A DNA stretch of 64,000 bases from the NCBI RefSeq assembly GCF_018350175.1, contig NC_058368.1:36334001-36398000 (forward strand). Direction: 5' to 3'. Shown in pieces: positions 13,535-25,164 of this stretch (the first letter of the stretch is position 1; each line of letters opens with the position of its first letter). The position numbers and the translations under genes are program-made. The notes beneath the pieces are model-generated. The model did not search any database, had not been told where the DNA came from, and saw only the letters and a list, made by a program, of their open reading frames with translations. The DNA comes from Felis catus (Eukaryota).

Positions 13535-14195
13535 ACTTTTCCCCATCTCCATGGCCACCACCTCATCTCAAAGTCTGTCAGCTCTCATATGACTTCCGGA
13601 GGGTCTCCAGCCTCCAGTCATCCACATGGCAGCCAGAGGCATTTTCCGAAAAGGAAACCTGATCATGTCATTTCCTCCCTTAAAAGTCTGCAATAACTGT
13701 CCATTACCACGTACTAAAATCCAAACCCTCAATCTGGCTAATTAGGCTTAACTGGCTTCTACTTCCACCTTTTCTCTCTTTGCTTCCTGCCTTATGCTCC
13801 AGCTACAGCCACTGACTTGTTTTCTTAAGTCACCATTGGTTTCTAAGCCCTGGGCCTCTACACATGCGTGCTCTCTGCCTGAAACTGCTCTGCCCTCCGA
13901 ATTGACACAAATATGCAAAGAGAGAAGTGTGCACACACATGCGTATACACACACACCCCAAGACTCGGTGCTATCCTCCCGTGGGTACACTCTGTGCATG
14001 CCTTCTGCATGGACCTCACTGATTAGCTCATCACACTGTATTGTACTTGGCTGTATACTTTTCCATCCTTTTTACTAGAGGGAAAGTTCCTTGAGTGTAG
14101 GGAGCATATCTTTTTCATCATTGTACTTCCAGAGGCTAACATGGTTCTGAGCACATCATCAAAAGCAACCGTGTTTTTTTTTAATAGATGAGTAA
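13535..14195 (+). mobile_element. L2 fragment
   Basis: L2-like core cagccagaggcattttcc...aaacctgatcatgtcatttcctcccttaaaag...aaaatccaaaccctc, plus a 3'-end-like segment near 14075-14190. Confidence 0.7.
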
Positions 14196-14639
14196 AGAAA
14201 CTTTTGAACAATGCTATCCCAAATATGTGAGGAAGAGCCCCTCACAGTCAGCATACAAATATATGTCCCACATCCCAGCGAAGGGACCATTTCAAAACTC
14301 TGAAAGTTTCTAGAAGACTATGATCCTATGAATCTTAGATCCTTTCTAGAAAGAGGCAATGTATAAGTAAATAAGCTATGAATGATTCCTTACCGTGAGC
14401 AGCAATGATCAGACTCCTTGATTCTTTCTCTGAATTGGGCAACATTCATGGTGTCCTATGATCGCACCGACAGAAACTGTCAGTCTTATTTCAGGGTACA
14501 ACATCAAGGGTGCATGCAGTTGTAACGCAAAATATTCCTCCATGGGGAGAGGAGCCGAGTCTAGCAAGCTTCATCAAGCTGGCTGAAGGACTGCCAGAAC
14601 ACAGGGCCACTGAGCTGATCTTAGGACAGTCAGGCTTTG

Positions 14640-15102
14640 ACTCTCCCTTTTACATCTCGTCGAAGTGGGAAACTCCAGCATCCTCATAACAGAGCCAGTC
14701 TTCCCCCAATCCCAACTCCTTGCCCTTACTGCTCCAGCGCTTCTCCCTGCAAGCTCCCATACTTTCCCTATGCTTTCTCTTGTTGCCAGAACCCGCTTTG
14801 TAGCCTATCAGTCAGGCTGGAGGGGCCGGGGAAGTGACTCTCCTCGTCAAACCCCAGGCAGAGACTGACCAGAGTGGGTCTATAACTGCTCCTCAGGTGG
14901 GATAACTTGAGGGCACGTGTCTTGCCCTGGCTCACGGGGCTTCCACTGAGACTTGGCTCCAGCTGCCCAGAGTGCAAGCTGGCTTGATAACAAAGCTTTG
15001 CGGTCTCCCTGCTTTACTCCCTTTCATGGTGTCCTGTGATCACGCCTATGTAAACTCCAAGTCTTATCTCAGGGTTTGCTTCTAGGAGAACCCCAAAAAC
15101 TA
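14640..15102 (+). mobile_element. ERVL-class LTR relic (LTR16-like)
   Basis: 3' signature gtcttatctcagggtttgcttctaggagaacccca and internal gctccagctgccca. The left boundary is uncertain. Confidence 0.55.
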
Positions 15103-15169
15103 CTGGCAGGCTCATGTTCTCTATTTAGGAGCATTAATCTTTCGGAGAAGTCTTAAGACAGTTGGGAAT

Positions 15170-15440
15170 TACCAGGAGGCGCTTTCCTCCTCATGAGATG
15201 TTATACTGGGCAGGTGGGAGATTGAGGACGGACGCTGGCTCAGAGGGCCAGGTTTACAGTAGTGATTTAACTATGGGCAGCTGAAGCCAAATCCCCCCAA
15301 GGAAACTCTGGGACCCGGGATGGGACACCTGCGTTTAAGTTATCCTACCTGCGGGGCAGTTACGTACCAGCTCTGGCCAGTCTGTCCTGAGGGTTCTGGG
15401 GGGGAGTCAATTCCCTGACCTTTCCAGCCTGCCCTCTAGG
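15170..15440 (-). mobile_element. ERVL-class LTR fragment (LTR16-like)
   Basis: The segment actatgggcagctgaagccaaatcccccc...aactctggga...agttatcctacc...caattccctgacctttccagcctgcc resembles antisense LTR16-family sequence (recall). Confidence 0.45.
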
Positions 15441-15731
15441 CTGTTGTTTACACCGCCTACTAAGGAGAATTGTACCCTTTCTCACACGGATGCATCTTAC
15501 ACATTTGACAAGGCCAAAATGTTATAGAGTCTGAGTAGACTGTGGCTCAATATTTACATCTCTATCCATAACCCCTGAAGTTACCATATGGTAATTAAAG
15601 CTAACAATTGCAAAGCTCGTAGAAAAATATTCCTTTCTATCCTAAGTCTGTGCCAGGGAGAGCAAGGCTCTAACCTATGGAAGTGTCAGAGTGAAAACAG
15701 AGACCCTCATCTTTTAAAATTATGGTCTTCA

Positions 15732-15942
15732 GGGGTGCCTGGGTAGCTCAGTCAGCATTTAAGCATCTGACTCTCAATTTCGGCTCAAGTCATAATCTCA
15801 CGGTGCTTGAGTTCGAGCCTTGAGTCGGACTCTGTGCTGACAGCACGGAGCCTTCTGGGAATTCTCTCTCTCCCTTTCTCTCTCTGCCCCTCCCCTACTC
15901 TCTCTCTCTCTCTCTCTCTCTCAAAATAAATAAACAAACATT
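15732..15942 (+). mobile_element. Can-SINE inserted in a MIR relic (about 15680-16080)
   Basis: Has the GGGGTGCCTGGGTAGCTCAG head, (CT)n and AATAAA tail. TSD TAAAATTATGGTCTTCA / TAAAATTATAGTCTTCA. MIR core gaaggaactgaggcccagaga lies downstream. Confidence 0.95.
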
Positions 15943-18900
15943 TAAAATTATAGTCTTCATGTTTATCTAGTCTCCCTTCCCAGTTTTACCCATGAAGGAA
16001 CTGAGGCCCAGAGAAATGAACTTCAGTGCCCCCAATTATAAGTAGGTTCCCAATTCTCATCCTGTGTTCTTTCTACCACATCCGACCACTGCATGAGTAA
16101 GGCTGGATGAGTTACCTGGAATTTTTTTCCTATTCTCTCGAGTATTTGAGACCAGATTTCTGCATAGAGAATGAAGTCCTAATGGGAAGCCAACACTGGT
16201 GGCAAGCAAATCTGTCCTATCAAGACTTCCAAGAGACTGTTACATTTTGGAGTCTTCCTTCTACACTCAGATAACCAAGAGAGAGGCCTCACAATGTGCT
16301 TTTGTCTAGAAAATCAAGTCTCTCCATGTCAGCCGGGGTAAGTCTAGGACCAGCGTTCACCCCCCAGCCCCTCGGGGCAGCTGTTCCCGTGCAACTGCCT
16401 GCATTCCTGTTGGGGCTGATGTAAGTCACACCCACACCAACCTCAGCTGCATCCATGCCCCCCAAAAAACCTGAACTTTCCTCAGGAATGCAACAACTAT
16501 CTTTAAGACTGTGTGATTCAACCTCTTGAGAGTCATGTGATCTCAAGTCCTCCCTCAGAAGATAAGTTTTGTTAGTTTATCTCAAAGCCTCCCCTGGAGG
16601 CTCCCCAAGCCACCAGTGTGCCCCTGTTTTGTTGGGCCTGGCAGAGAACCCAGGTTATCTTGGTTAAGGAAGTGTGCAAAAACAGAGAATGAAGACAGCG
16701 AGTATTTCAGGGAATTAGGGAAACGTTTACAAGCAGGCCTCACGGAGATGATTTTGATTCTGGTAATATGTAATTACTACAACTTAACTTCTCTCTCCTG
16801 ATGTTTCAGAGGAATGTCTCTCTCATGCCCAGTTTCTACTTTATGACTCTGGCATTATTAGAGCTTCGGCTCCCTGACAACCTTTACTGCTACGTGGCCT
16901 CTGCCAACAGCCTTCTCCAGGTGTTATTTCACCTTCAGCTCCTCTGCCAATCACTCAGCTGTGTTGTTGTTGATCACTTGCAAATCTCTGAGAGAAAAAT
17001 CTCCTTGCTCTACCTCATGAACATTATCCCTTTCTGAACAAAGCTGTTGTGTCAAACCACCTACTGAACTTCTAGAAAGCCTGTCTTTGCTGGCCTTTCA
17101 TCACTTGCTCTAGGAGCTGGTGTGTTATATACTGTGTTATATAAATGCTTATAAGGGAGCATCTAGATCAACCTTCCTTGGCCAGGAGTTGTGGATGGCG
17201 GCTTCGTAGGAGAATGGTAAACTTTGGCCTATCAAGTCTATATCTCAGAGAGAGGTATGAATATGGTGATGACGCTGCCCTCTGCTTAGCGCACCTCACA
17301 TTCCCGTGCAGGTGCAGTGGTCTCATGGCTTCCCGAAAAGAAGAAACCGTGACGCTCCCCCCAACCGCTGCCTCAGAAAGATTCCAGATCCCTGTTGAAA
17401 GATCCCTGTTTAGGTAGCCTAAAAGCAGGGGATGTGTTTACATTCCTTGGTAACCAATTTTATTCCATACAGCAACTTAGACAACAAAGAAAAACCGACC
17501 CTGGACCTCTTTGAACTGCACCTTGAATTCATTTTGGTATGTGATTTGGTTTCAGAAAAGGTGCTCATTGGCCAAAAAATCCTACCTCATGATAATTTGG
17601 ACATGCATTTGTGTTTTGGCTACTTTATGGGCAAAGGTGCTCCCAAGTTATGGATGCTTCATCCCTCACTGTACAAAGCACTCGGCATTACTAAATGAAG
17701 TTTAAATTGGAGAGACACTATACATTACACATGGAAAAAATGTGCATTTTAACATCTCCAGAATGCTATTAAATATCTCAGAAAGATCCATAAAGAAAAG
17801 TGTGTCCTGGAGCTTGAAATAGAAAGTGATTGGAAAAAGTAGAAATCGAGTTCCTATTTTTCAAAAAGGAGCCATATCATCCCATAAATCTTTGAAAAGA
17901 AGTTTTCTTGGGCTCAGCTTTAAGCATTCAAATGCTTCCCAGGAGCACCTTGACCTTAAATTAACATTTATAGAGTTTAGCTGACATCAAGCTTTGCAGT
18001 TTAATGGAAGGTTTAAAGTTGAAGAAGGTACGTAGTCTAAATTGGTATTGTACATTAAGTTCTGAATAAGGATGCATTTCTACAACTACCACCATTTTCA
18101 TTTATTTGCCCCTCTAGAACAATAATAACAATTGGCAAAATATATGAAATGCATTTTCTTTCATGAATAATACATTTTTATATGTTAACCTCATGGAAAC
18201 AGGAACGGTTCAACAGTAACAGGAGCATTTTAATGCTGTCTTAAGAAAGGGTACGTGTGACAATATCTGTACTGTCTGACCTTGGTAGTGTTGTTTTCTG
18301 TAGACTCTGTGGTAGGTGGTAAGAAATATTAACCGAGTGTTCAAATAATAAAGAGGCCTCTTCGCAAATGAAGAAGAAAATATTCAGTGTTACCTATAGA
18401 TTCCATTACACATCAAATGAAAATGAGATACATTCCGTTCTGTTCAAACCAGGAGTACCTTCTAAGTGGAATATGAATGTCTGGAGAGTAATATATAAAG
18501 CATGAAGATGGTGTTTTAATACTGCTAATGAGTTGCCCCTTGGTTGTACTGCAGATAAAAACTGCTTTCCTATACACACATATTTCTGCGCTGCATAAAG
18601 CCCAATTTGTAAACGCTTGGCATTAGCACACAAAGGGAAGTCCATTTCTCCAAGTGTTTAGTCTGCCAGAATAACAGTGATTTGGTCTTTAGAAAAAAGG
18701 TGCTTTTGAAAAAGCAGAATAGGAAAACTAGTACTGCCCTTAGACCCTGGACCAAGGGGATCTCAGTTCCTCCTTCGCTTTCCCCCTTGTGTTTTGGAGC
18801 ATCTTCCTCAGGATGTTCTAAGTCAGAATCATTCTGACCCAGACCCTTCTGTGTGGGCCCCAGGCTGCATTGCTCCTCTTTGGCGTGCTCTGCAATCCTC

Positions 18901-19444
18901 TCCCCCGCTCTCCTGGGGCGGGGGTGGTTAACCAGATGCTCTGAGGAGCTCCCAGATGCACATGGGTGGAGTTGTCCTGTGCCCATTCCTGGATGGTAGC
19001 CTGGTGAGCAAATCATTCTTGCCCAAGGTTCAGTATTTCTTTTAAAGGAATGTGTGGGCCATCGGAAGGGTGCTAACAAGCTGATTTGGGGTAACTCAAA
19101 TTGTTTATATTGACAGTTGCTTTTTGAAACAAAGTATTTGCCTCCCCTCCCAAAATACGGGTGGCCCCGCGGGGTGTTACGATAAACGGTAAGGATTAAA
19201 ATCCTAGCCAGATTTTAAAAGCACACACGAAAGTCTCCCTTTCTTCAAAGTTGAGGATCTATCACTTACACAAGAGCTAAGAAGTAAATTAATTCTTAGT
19301 AGTGAAATTTCTCGAGAAATTAGATGGTTTACAAATATAGGAAAATATAATCTAGCCCCTCCTGACAAGAACTTCCTTATTAAAACATTGATTGTAGCAC
19401 ATAGGGCTAAATCTCTTTTGCAGAAGACTTCCTTGTTTAAACCC

Positions 19445-19960
19445 TGTTGGGAGACAATTGACCCTGTCAGACTCCCCTTAGGTACTGCCCCATATCCTCT
19501 CCATCTTGCTTCCTATTGTAGCCATGGCCACTGTGAAACGATCTGCATAAGCTATGACCGATTTTATGCTGACAATATCAATTCTCTCACCTGCCCTGGG
19601 ATCCTTGGGCTCTGGTATGGGACATCTATGCCCTTAGGAGCGAGAGGGAGTTAACTCTCAATGGGCAACCTTCAACCAAAAGAGATCCAAGGGAGATCTT
19701 AGAGCCAATGGATAAATGTTTCTCCCTGTGATCCTCTGCATGGACAGTTCTCTTCAGCAGAGGGTACCAGCAGGGTAGAGCTCCAGTTGCCCACAGTGGT
19801 GACCAACTCAATAATGCACACTCGATTTGCCTTCTCTTCCTGGTTTGACTCTTCCCGGTCCTTCACTCCTGGTCTCTGGCATCACTTTCCAAAATAAACT
19901 GCCTGCAAAGCCTAAGTCTCAGGCTTTATTCTCCTGGGAGGAACTTAGGCTAAGAAAACA
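19445..19960 (+). mobile_element. ERVL solo LTR (LTR16-like)
   Basis: Contains agagctccagttgcccacagtggtgacc, then catcactttccaaAATAAActgcctgca, then gtctcaggctttattctcctgggaggaacttaggctaaga. Confidence 0.75.
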
Positions 19961-21179
19961 GAGTTCTATCACAGGTTACAGTAATTACTCTCCTGCCTCC
20001 ACATGGCCTCACTACCACAAATTATTTATCATTATGCACATCTAAGTGCAGCACAAAGAGCCCTCCACACGTGCATGTATTTACAAATTTTATCACACTG
20101 ACGTAAAGACATGTGATTATCCCATTACTTTCTTCTGGAGACTATCGATAATAAAGCAAGACCCATATCTTACATTTCCTCGGTACTCCTAGCATCCAAG
20201 ATGTTGTTCTGCATTCACTGGATAGCTCATGGTGTTGGACCACTGGTAACCTGCAGAAAGCAGCCATATAAATAGCTTTATTAACTGCAGACCTAAGTGT
20301 GGTCAAGTGAATGAAGGCAAGAAAGCATTTTCCTCTAACATGAATCTTTTGAACAACGAGGTATTCCATTTTATGAGATGTCTAACTGGCTCTGTAAAGA
20401 TACAGTCATTTATTTATCTTCTCCCCACATACCAAATGTCATTGAAATTGGTATAAAATCACTAACTGCTGTGTTTATATAGAATAAAATGATTGTCAGA
20501 ATATTCAGAAAATTTCAACGTTCCTAGGATTCTGGGTTTTAGAGAAAACATTTACAGTTATGTCACAGTATAATTTAGATGGCTGAAGCCAGGCTGCCAA
20601 AAATATTCAAGTTTCTTTAAGACTTCAGAACATCAAGGATGTATAGAAAAATGCAGAGGTGTTTGTTAAAAATAAACAGGCAAGTCAGAAACTGAACAAC
20701 CTCAGTTATACACAGTCACATATACATACTCACACATGATCAATTAGGCCTGCAGCATTTGCATGTGGCAATTTTCCATTGTCCCAAAGGGGGAGTGGGA
20801 TGATTAAAGTGTTTCTCTCGGACAGGCATCATTGCTCTTTAAAGAGGAGAAAACTCTAGTTAACATCTGGTTGAGATACATTATTGAAATACATTCCAGA
20901 CCTTGCTTCTTTTGGTTGAACAGCTGGAATTTTTTTTTTTTTAAATCATTTTGATCCACCTAATCTTCTACTTCTTCTGGTAGAGGAAAAGGAAAACATA
21001 GAATGGCAAAGAAATATACCCCTTTTATGAGCACCTGTTCTGTTCCAAGCATGCTATGTCATGTTTTGCACATGTTATTTCTAATAGGGTCACTGAGAAA
21101 TGCAGAACTTATAAACTGTATATAAAGGGGTATAATCAGCCCACTCGTGTGCATTTTGTTGTTATACCTTATTTATTGT

Positions 21180-21712
21180 AATAGCCTCTAGGTAGGTTCT
21201 AGTTAGGAAAACAGAAGCCAGAATAGGTATTTCAAGCAGAGGGGATTTCATACAGGAATTACTGACGCAAGAGTTTGAAGTCTGAAAGAGCGGAAAGGAA
21301 ATGCTGAAGTAGCCCCACTATTAGTAACTGCTGAGAGCAGCTACTGCCCCCAGGCCTGGGAGCACAAAAGAGAGGAGGTCATCAGAACCTCTGAGTTCAG
21401 AGGGGGTCCCTTGTCAGCCAGGGCTGGTGTCAGTCCCCTGAGGGGATATAGCATGTCTGGTGCTGGAAGTGTCGAAAGAACCCAGAGGCTCCTGGAGCAG
21501 TGGTGTCTGGAAGCCGGAGAACGAAACAGAAATGCCTTCCCTTCCTTCTGCCCTCCAATCTCCTGTGCTTCCATTAGAGAACCTAACAGAAGGTAGACGT
21601 CAAGGGAGCCTGCAAAATGTAGTTCGTAGAACTCTAGCCTCAGCATCACAGAGCAGATCCTAGAAAGCTGGCTTTGGAGCTGAAAAACACTATGCAAGTC
21701 TTCAATCCGTAC
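21180..21712 (-). mobile_element. ERVL-class solo LTR (LTR33-related)
   Basis: Contains ggttctagttaggaaaacagaagcca, then caagggagcctgcaaaatgtagtt, then agcatcacagagcaga...tttggagctga. The exact family is not resolved. Confidence 0.6.
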
Positions 21713-22467
21713 CTCTGCAATAATCATTCACTAACACAGTACCTTTATGTTCAACTTTTTGTATAGGGCAGGCAAAACTGACTTTAGGATATTTAAAACC
21801 TCTGATAGTTGTTTTATGCCTTGGAGCTTGGGGATCACAAGGACCACAGAGTAACGTTGGGTTCTACCGTTTGTAATACTCCTAAAATATTATGAGATGG
21901 AAATATTACACTGATGTTTTATTAATTCATATGCTCACACATTGAAATGCTTCTAAGCATTTTTTCTTTTGCATCTGACATTATGAATCAATGGACATAT
22001 ATAGAAAATTTTAGAAAGCTAGCTGAATTTCTACCAGCTTCAAATCTAAGGTGCTACAGGGCAAGTTAAGCTTTCCAAATTCCACACCAGAGAATGTAGT
22101 TCTAGATTTACTTTCACTAACATCGTTGAAGCCAACTTTCTACAGAACCACAATGCGCTTGTATCTTTAATTGGCTCTAAATTAGTAACATTGAGCAATT
22201 CTTCTCAGCCTTTTCTATTTGTCACTCAATGGGCTGTTCCCCTAAGACTCCCGGAATATTAATTTTCTTATATTGTACCTTTAAACCTAAAGAGGTTATA
22301 TTTATTGTGACTAAGTCAATGTCAAGAGTTAGAAGTAGGAATGCTTTCTTTCTGGTGGGGGAAAATGAGCAGAAAAAAAACTTAAAAGTCAGAAAAAACT
22401 TTAGTTCAAACTCAGTTATGGTATCTATTATCTATGATATAATCTAGATACAGTATCCTATTTTTAA

Positions 22468-22657
22468 AGCATGGTTTCTTACTAGTGACATCTTAGGACA
22501 GATAATTCTTTGTTGTGAGAAGCTGTCCTGGGCCTTGTATGGTGCTTAGTGCCATCCCTTGCGTGCCACCTCCCCTCTACGTGCCAGAAGACCACTCACA
22601 TCTGTGACAACCCAAAATGTTTCCAGGCACTGCTAAGTGCCCAGTTGAGAAACACTA
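22468..22657. mobile_element. MER20-like hAT-Charlie MITE
   Basis: Contains ggacagataattctttgttgtg...gctgtcctg and tgtgacaacccaaaatgtttccaggcactgc, ending ccagttgagaaacact. Confidence 0.8.
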
Positions 22658-22899
22658 CTCTGGAATACGTTTCCTTAACTGATTACAATTACTTCACGTA
22701 GTCGTTATAAGGTAAGATGAGATGTGGTATGGTCTTAGCATGCACCCAATTGGCAGACTGGTGCCTAATTGGTAAAGTGGGGCAGGGCGTGGGGGTGTGC
22801 ATAAGGGCTGGGGGCGGGGGGGTAACCTCTCAGAGGAAATTAAAATGTTTTGGGCTATGGGGCCTTGCTGCCGAAAAAGTGGTCAACACCGCTTGAGGT

Positions 22900-23432
22900 C
22901 TTTAACCCTGTATCTAAAATCTGGATAGGGGCGCCTGAGTGTCTGACTTCGGCTCAGGTCATGATCTCAGGTTGGTGAGTTGGAGCCTCCAGTCCCTAGT
23001 CCGGCTCTGCGCTGATGGCTCACAGCCTAGAGCCTGCTTCGGATTCTGCGTCTCCCACTCTCTCTGCCCTTCCCCTACTTCTGTTCTGTCTCTCAAAAAT
23101 AAATAAATGTAAAAAAATTTTTTTAATAATAAAAAAATAAAATAAAAAATAAATAAAATCTGGATATTTTGTTCATCATGGATTTTTTGGGGGGGTATTG
23201 ATTTGTATTTTCCAAAATATTGCATTAAATATTATCAATATTGCATTAATTATATAAATATTTTTTCTATTAATATTTACTTGCTAATAAGCATTAATTT
23301 TAATATATTAAAATAAATATGACATTTCAAATATCGCATTAAATATGATTAATATTTCATTAGAATACTATTTATCTTGAATGTTAAGTTTTTTGTAGTC
23401 CCCTTAAATTTCGAGCCTAATCCCCGCCCAGA
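22900..23432 (-). mobile_element. MER53-like hAT relic with an internal AT-rich expansion, split by a SINE
   Basis: gatattttgttcatcatggattttt...aaaatattgcattaaa...tatttatcttga...agttttttg..gtccccttaaattt matches the recalled MER53 consensus in antisense. Confidence 0.65.
22928..23153 (+). mobile_element. Can-SINE (SINEC_Fc type) lacking its A box
   Basis: The head reads GGGGCGCCTG|AGTGTCTGACTTCGGCTCAGG, missing about 17 nt. Perfect TSD TAAAATCTGGATA (22915-22927 and 23154-23166). Confidence 0.93.
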
Positions 23433-23444
23433 TAAATGCAGGCC

Positions 23445-23525
23445 CAGGGCAGGCTTACCAAATTAGAATTACATTTTAACAAGATCCCCAGGTGATTCGG
23501 CGGCATGAAAGTTCAAGACGCACTG
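23445..23525. mobile_element. MER5-like hAT end fragment
   Basis: Contains cattttaacaagatccccaggtgattc...aaagttcaagacgcactg. Confidence 0.65.
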
Positions 23526-24075
23526 CGGTAGCTGCCCCAAGACGCGGCAGTGGGGGCGGACGTACCAGGCGGGCGTGGGGGGGGGGGGGCCCGCAAGGCC
23601 TGGGAGGACAGCATCGAGCTCTTTTCAGATGTGGGTGGGATGTGGGATAGCGGCTGGCGGTGGGGGGGGGGGGGAGCCGAGGGAGCTGTTTTCACGCGGG
23701 TTTGGCGAGACCCTGCTCTTTGGATGCCTAGCTGAGAAAGGGTGAAACAAAGTGAGGAAGAGAGGCATTGCCTCCTCTCCTGGGGCAAACGCGGTGAAGC
23801 GTCCACGTGAAGGCAGGGACTGCGACGGTCCTCGGCACAGAGGAGCTTCCAGCTCCGAGGTCCGGGGGAGCGCGCCTTCTCAAGGAGGACGCTGGCGCCC
23901 TCCAGCGGATCTGTGGGCGCGGCGCGCGTGCGCCAGGGCCGGGGCGCAGCACGTGCCGGCCGCTGGGTGAAGGCGCAGAGAGGAACCGTGCGTGGCTGGG
24001 GTGTTCAGGGGGAGGGCGGCCGTCAGTGAAGATGTCAGTCATTCAGAAGACCGCACGAGCAGCCATCAGCTGGGA
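23495..24075. promoter_or_regulatory. Orphan CpG island (candidate promoter, enhancer or insulator)
   Basis: The only stretch of the window that is both GC-rich and CpG-dense. It has two long G runs, CACGTG at 23804 and 23950, GCGCGTGCGC at 23924 and GGGCGG boxes. CpG observed/expected was not computed. Confidence 0.75.
23895..23908 (-). promoter_or_regulatory. Candidate CTCF core motif
   Basis: The minus strand reads CCGCTGGAGGGCGC, one mismatch from the consensus CCRSYAGRKGGCRS. Confidence 0.55.
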
Positions 24076-24335
24076 GGAGGCAAGGAAACTTAGGTTATGC
24101 AGCTGCATCCATTAAATTGATTTTGATTTGAAATTTTGAGGGTCTGTTCTGTCCCAAGCAGCGAGGGGGTGAGTGCACAGTGGTGAATGCGTGTGGTTAC
24201 CCTTCGACAATATTAATTACATAAATGCATGAATCCTGATTTTGAACACTTGACTTGGGCCACGTCAACAGTTTTCTGTGCCATGAGTGCCTTACCGGAC
24301 CCAGAAATTGTTGTTGCCTGTTACAGACCTAGGCC

Positions 24336-24815
24336 AGTGATTCTTAAATCTGTGACACTGCTATTCTGAAGAATAGGCACATTTTTATGCGTGCCCAAAT
24401 TGCATGACCGTTGACATATCTCACACGTGTGTGTACTAGCCTGTTAAGGAGTATGTGGAGTTGCTGTTGTGCTTAATCAAATACAAACTCATTGAAAATT
24501 TTATTAAGTATACTTTATGTCATTCTGCATTTTCTCCTTTAAGGTGTAGCAAATGGAGGGCGCCTGGGTGGCTCAGTCAGTTGAGCAACTGACTTCGGCT
24601 CAGGTCATGATCTCACTGTTTGTGAGTTCGAAACCTGCCCCTGCGTGGGGCTCTGTGCTGACAGCTCAGAGCCTGGAGCCTGCTTCGGATTCTGTGTCTC
24701 ATTGTCTCTTTGCCCGTCCCCCACTTGTGCTCTGTCTCTGTGTCTCAAAAATAAATAATTGTAAAAAAAAATTTTTTTAAGATGCACCAAACGGATAATT
24801 AATTCTACATGGGAA

Positions 24816-24846
<31 letters not shown>

Positions 24847-25122
24847 TGATTTTTTTGTTTCTTAGGTCATCTTTCATAGTTAAAACAGTTTGCTTCCCCG
24901 TAGTTCACTTTTTATCTGCCAAGTAAAAATGGCAAAGATTGAACCAGAGCACAAGAGTCTGGAGCACAAAATTTTGATAACTGCTTCTAATGCTGCATAT
25001 TCTTTAACCATCAGGGCTGAACTTTAATTTCTTACACTCACATATGTTAAAAGTAGATTATGTGTAGGTAGTGCGTATTTATTTTTCAAGGGAAACTTAG
25101 GCTTAAAAAGTTGAAAATCCTA
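24336..25122 (-). mobile_element. hAT-Charlie-type DNA transposon relic carrying a transposase fragment (24843-24996)
   Basis: TIR-like ends cagtgattcttaaa and aaaaagttgaaaatcc. The internal segment is the reverse complement of the transposase fossil at 25210-25361. Confidence 0.5.
24558..24778 (+). mobile_element. Can-SINE (SINEC_Fc type)
   Basis: Has the GGGCGCCTGGGTGGCTCAGTCAGTTGAG head. Degenerate TSD AAGGTGTAGCAAATGGA / AAGATGCACCAAACGGA. Confidence 0.95.
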
Positions 25123-25164
25123 TATTGTGGACTATACCTTTAAATAACGACATTTAGCAGTTGG

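Noticed and set aside
18570..19079. 169-aa minus-strand ORF
   Set aside because: It has a non-ATG start, no recognisable motif and no convincing splice context.
23513..24115. Overlapping Pro/Arg/Gly-rich ORFs in the CpG island
   Set aside because: Such ORFs are expected in GC-rich DNA in all frames. I see no recognisable domain.
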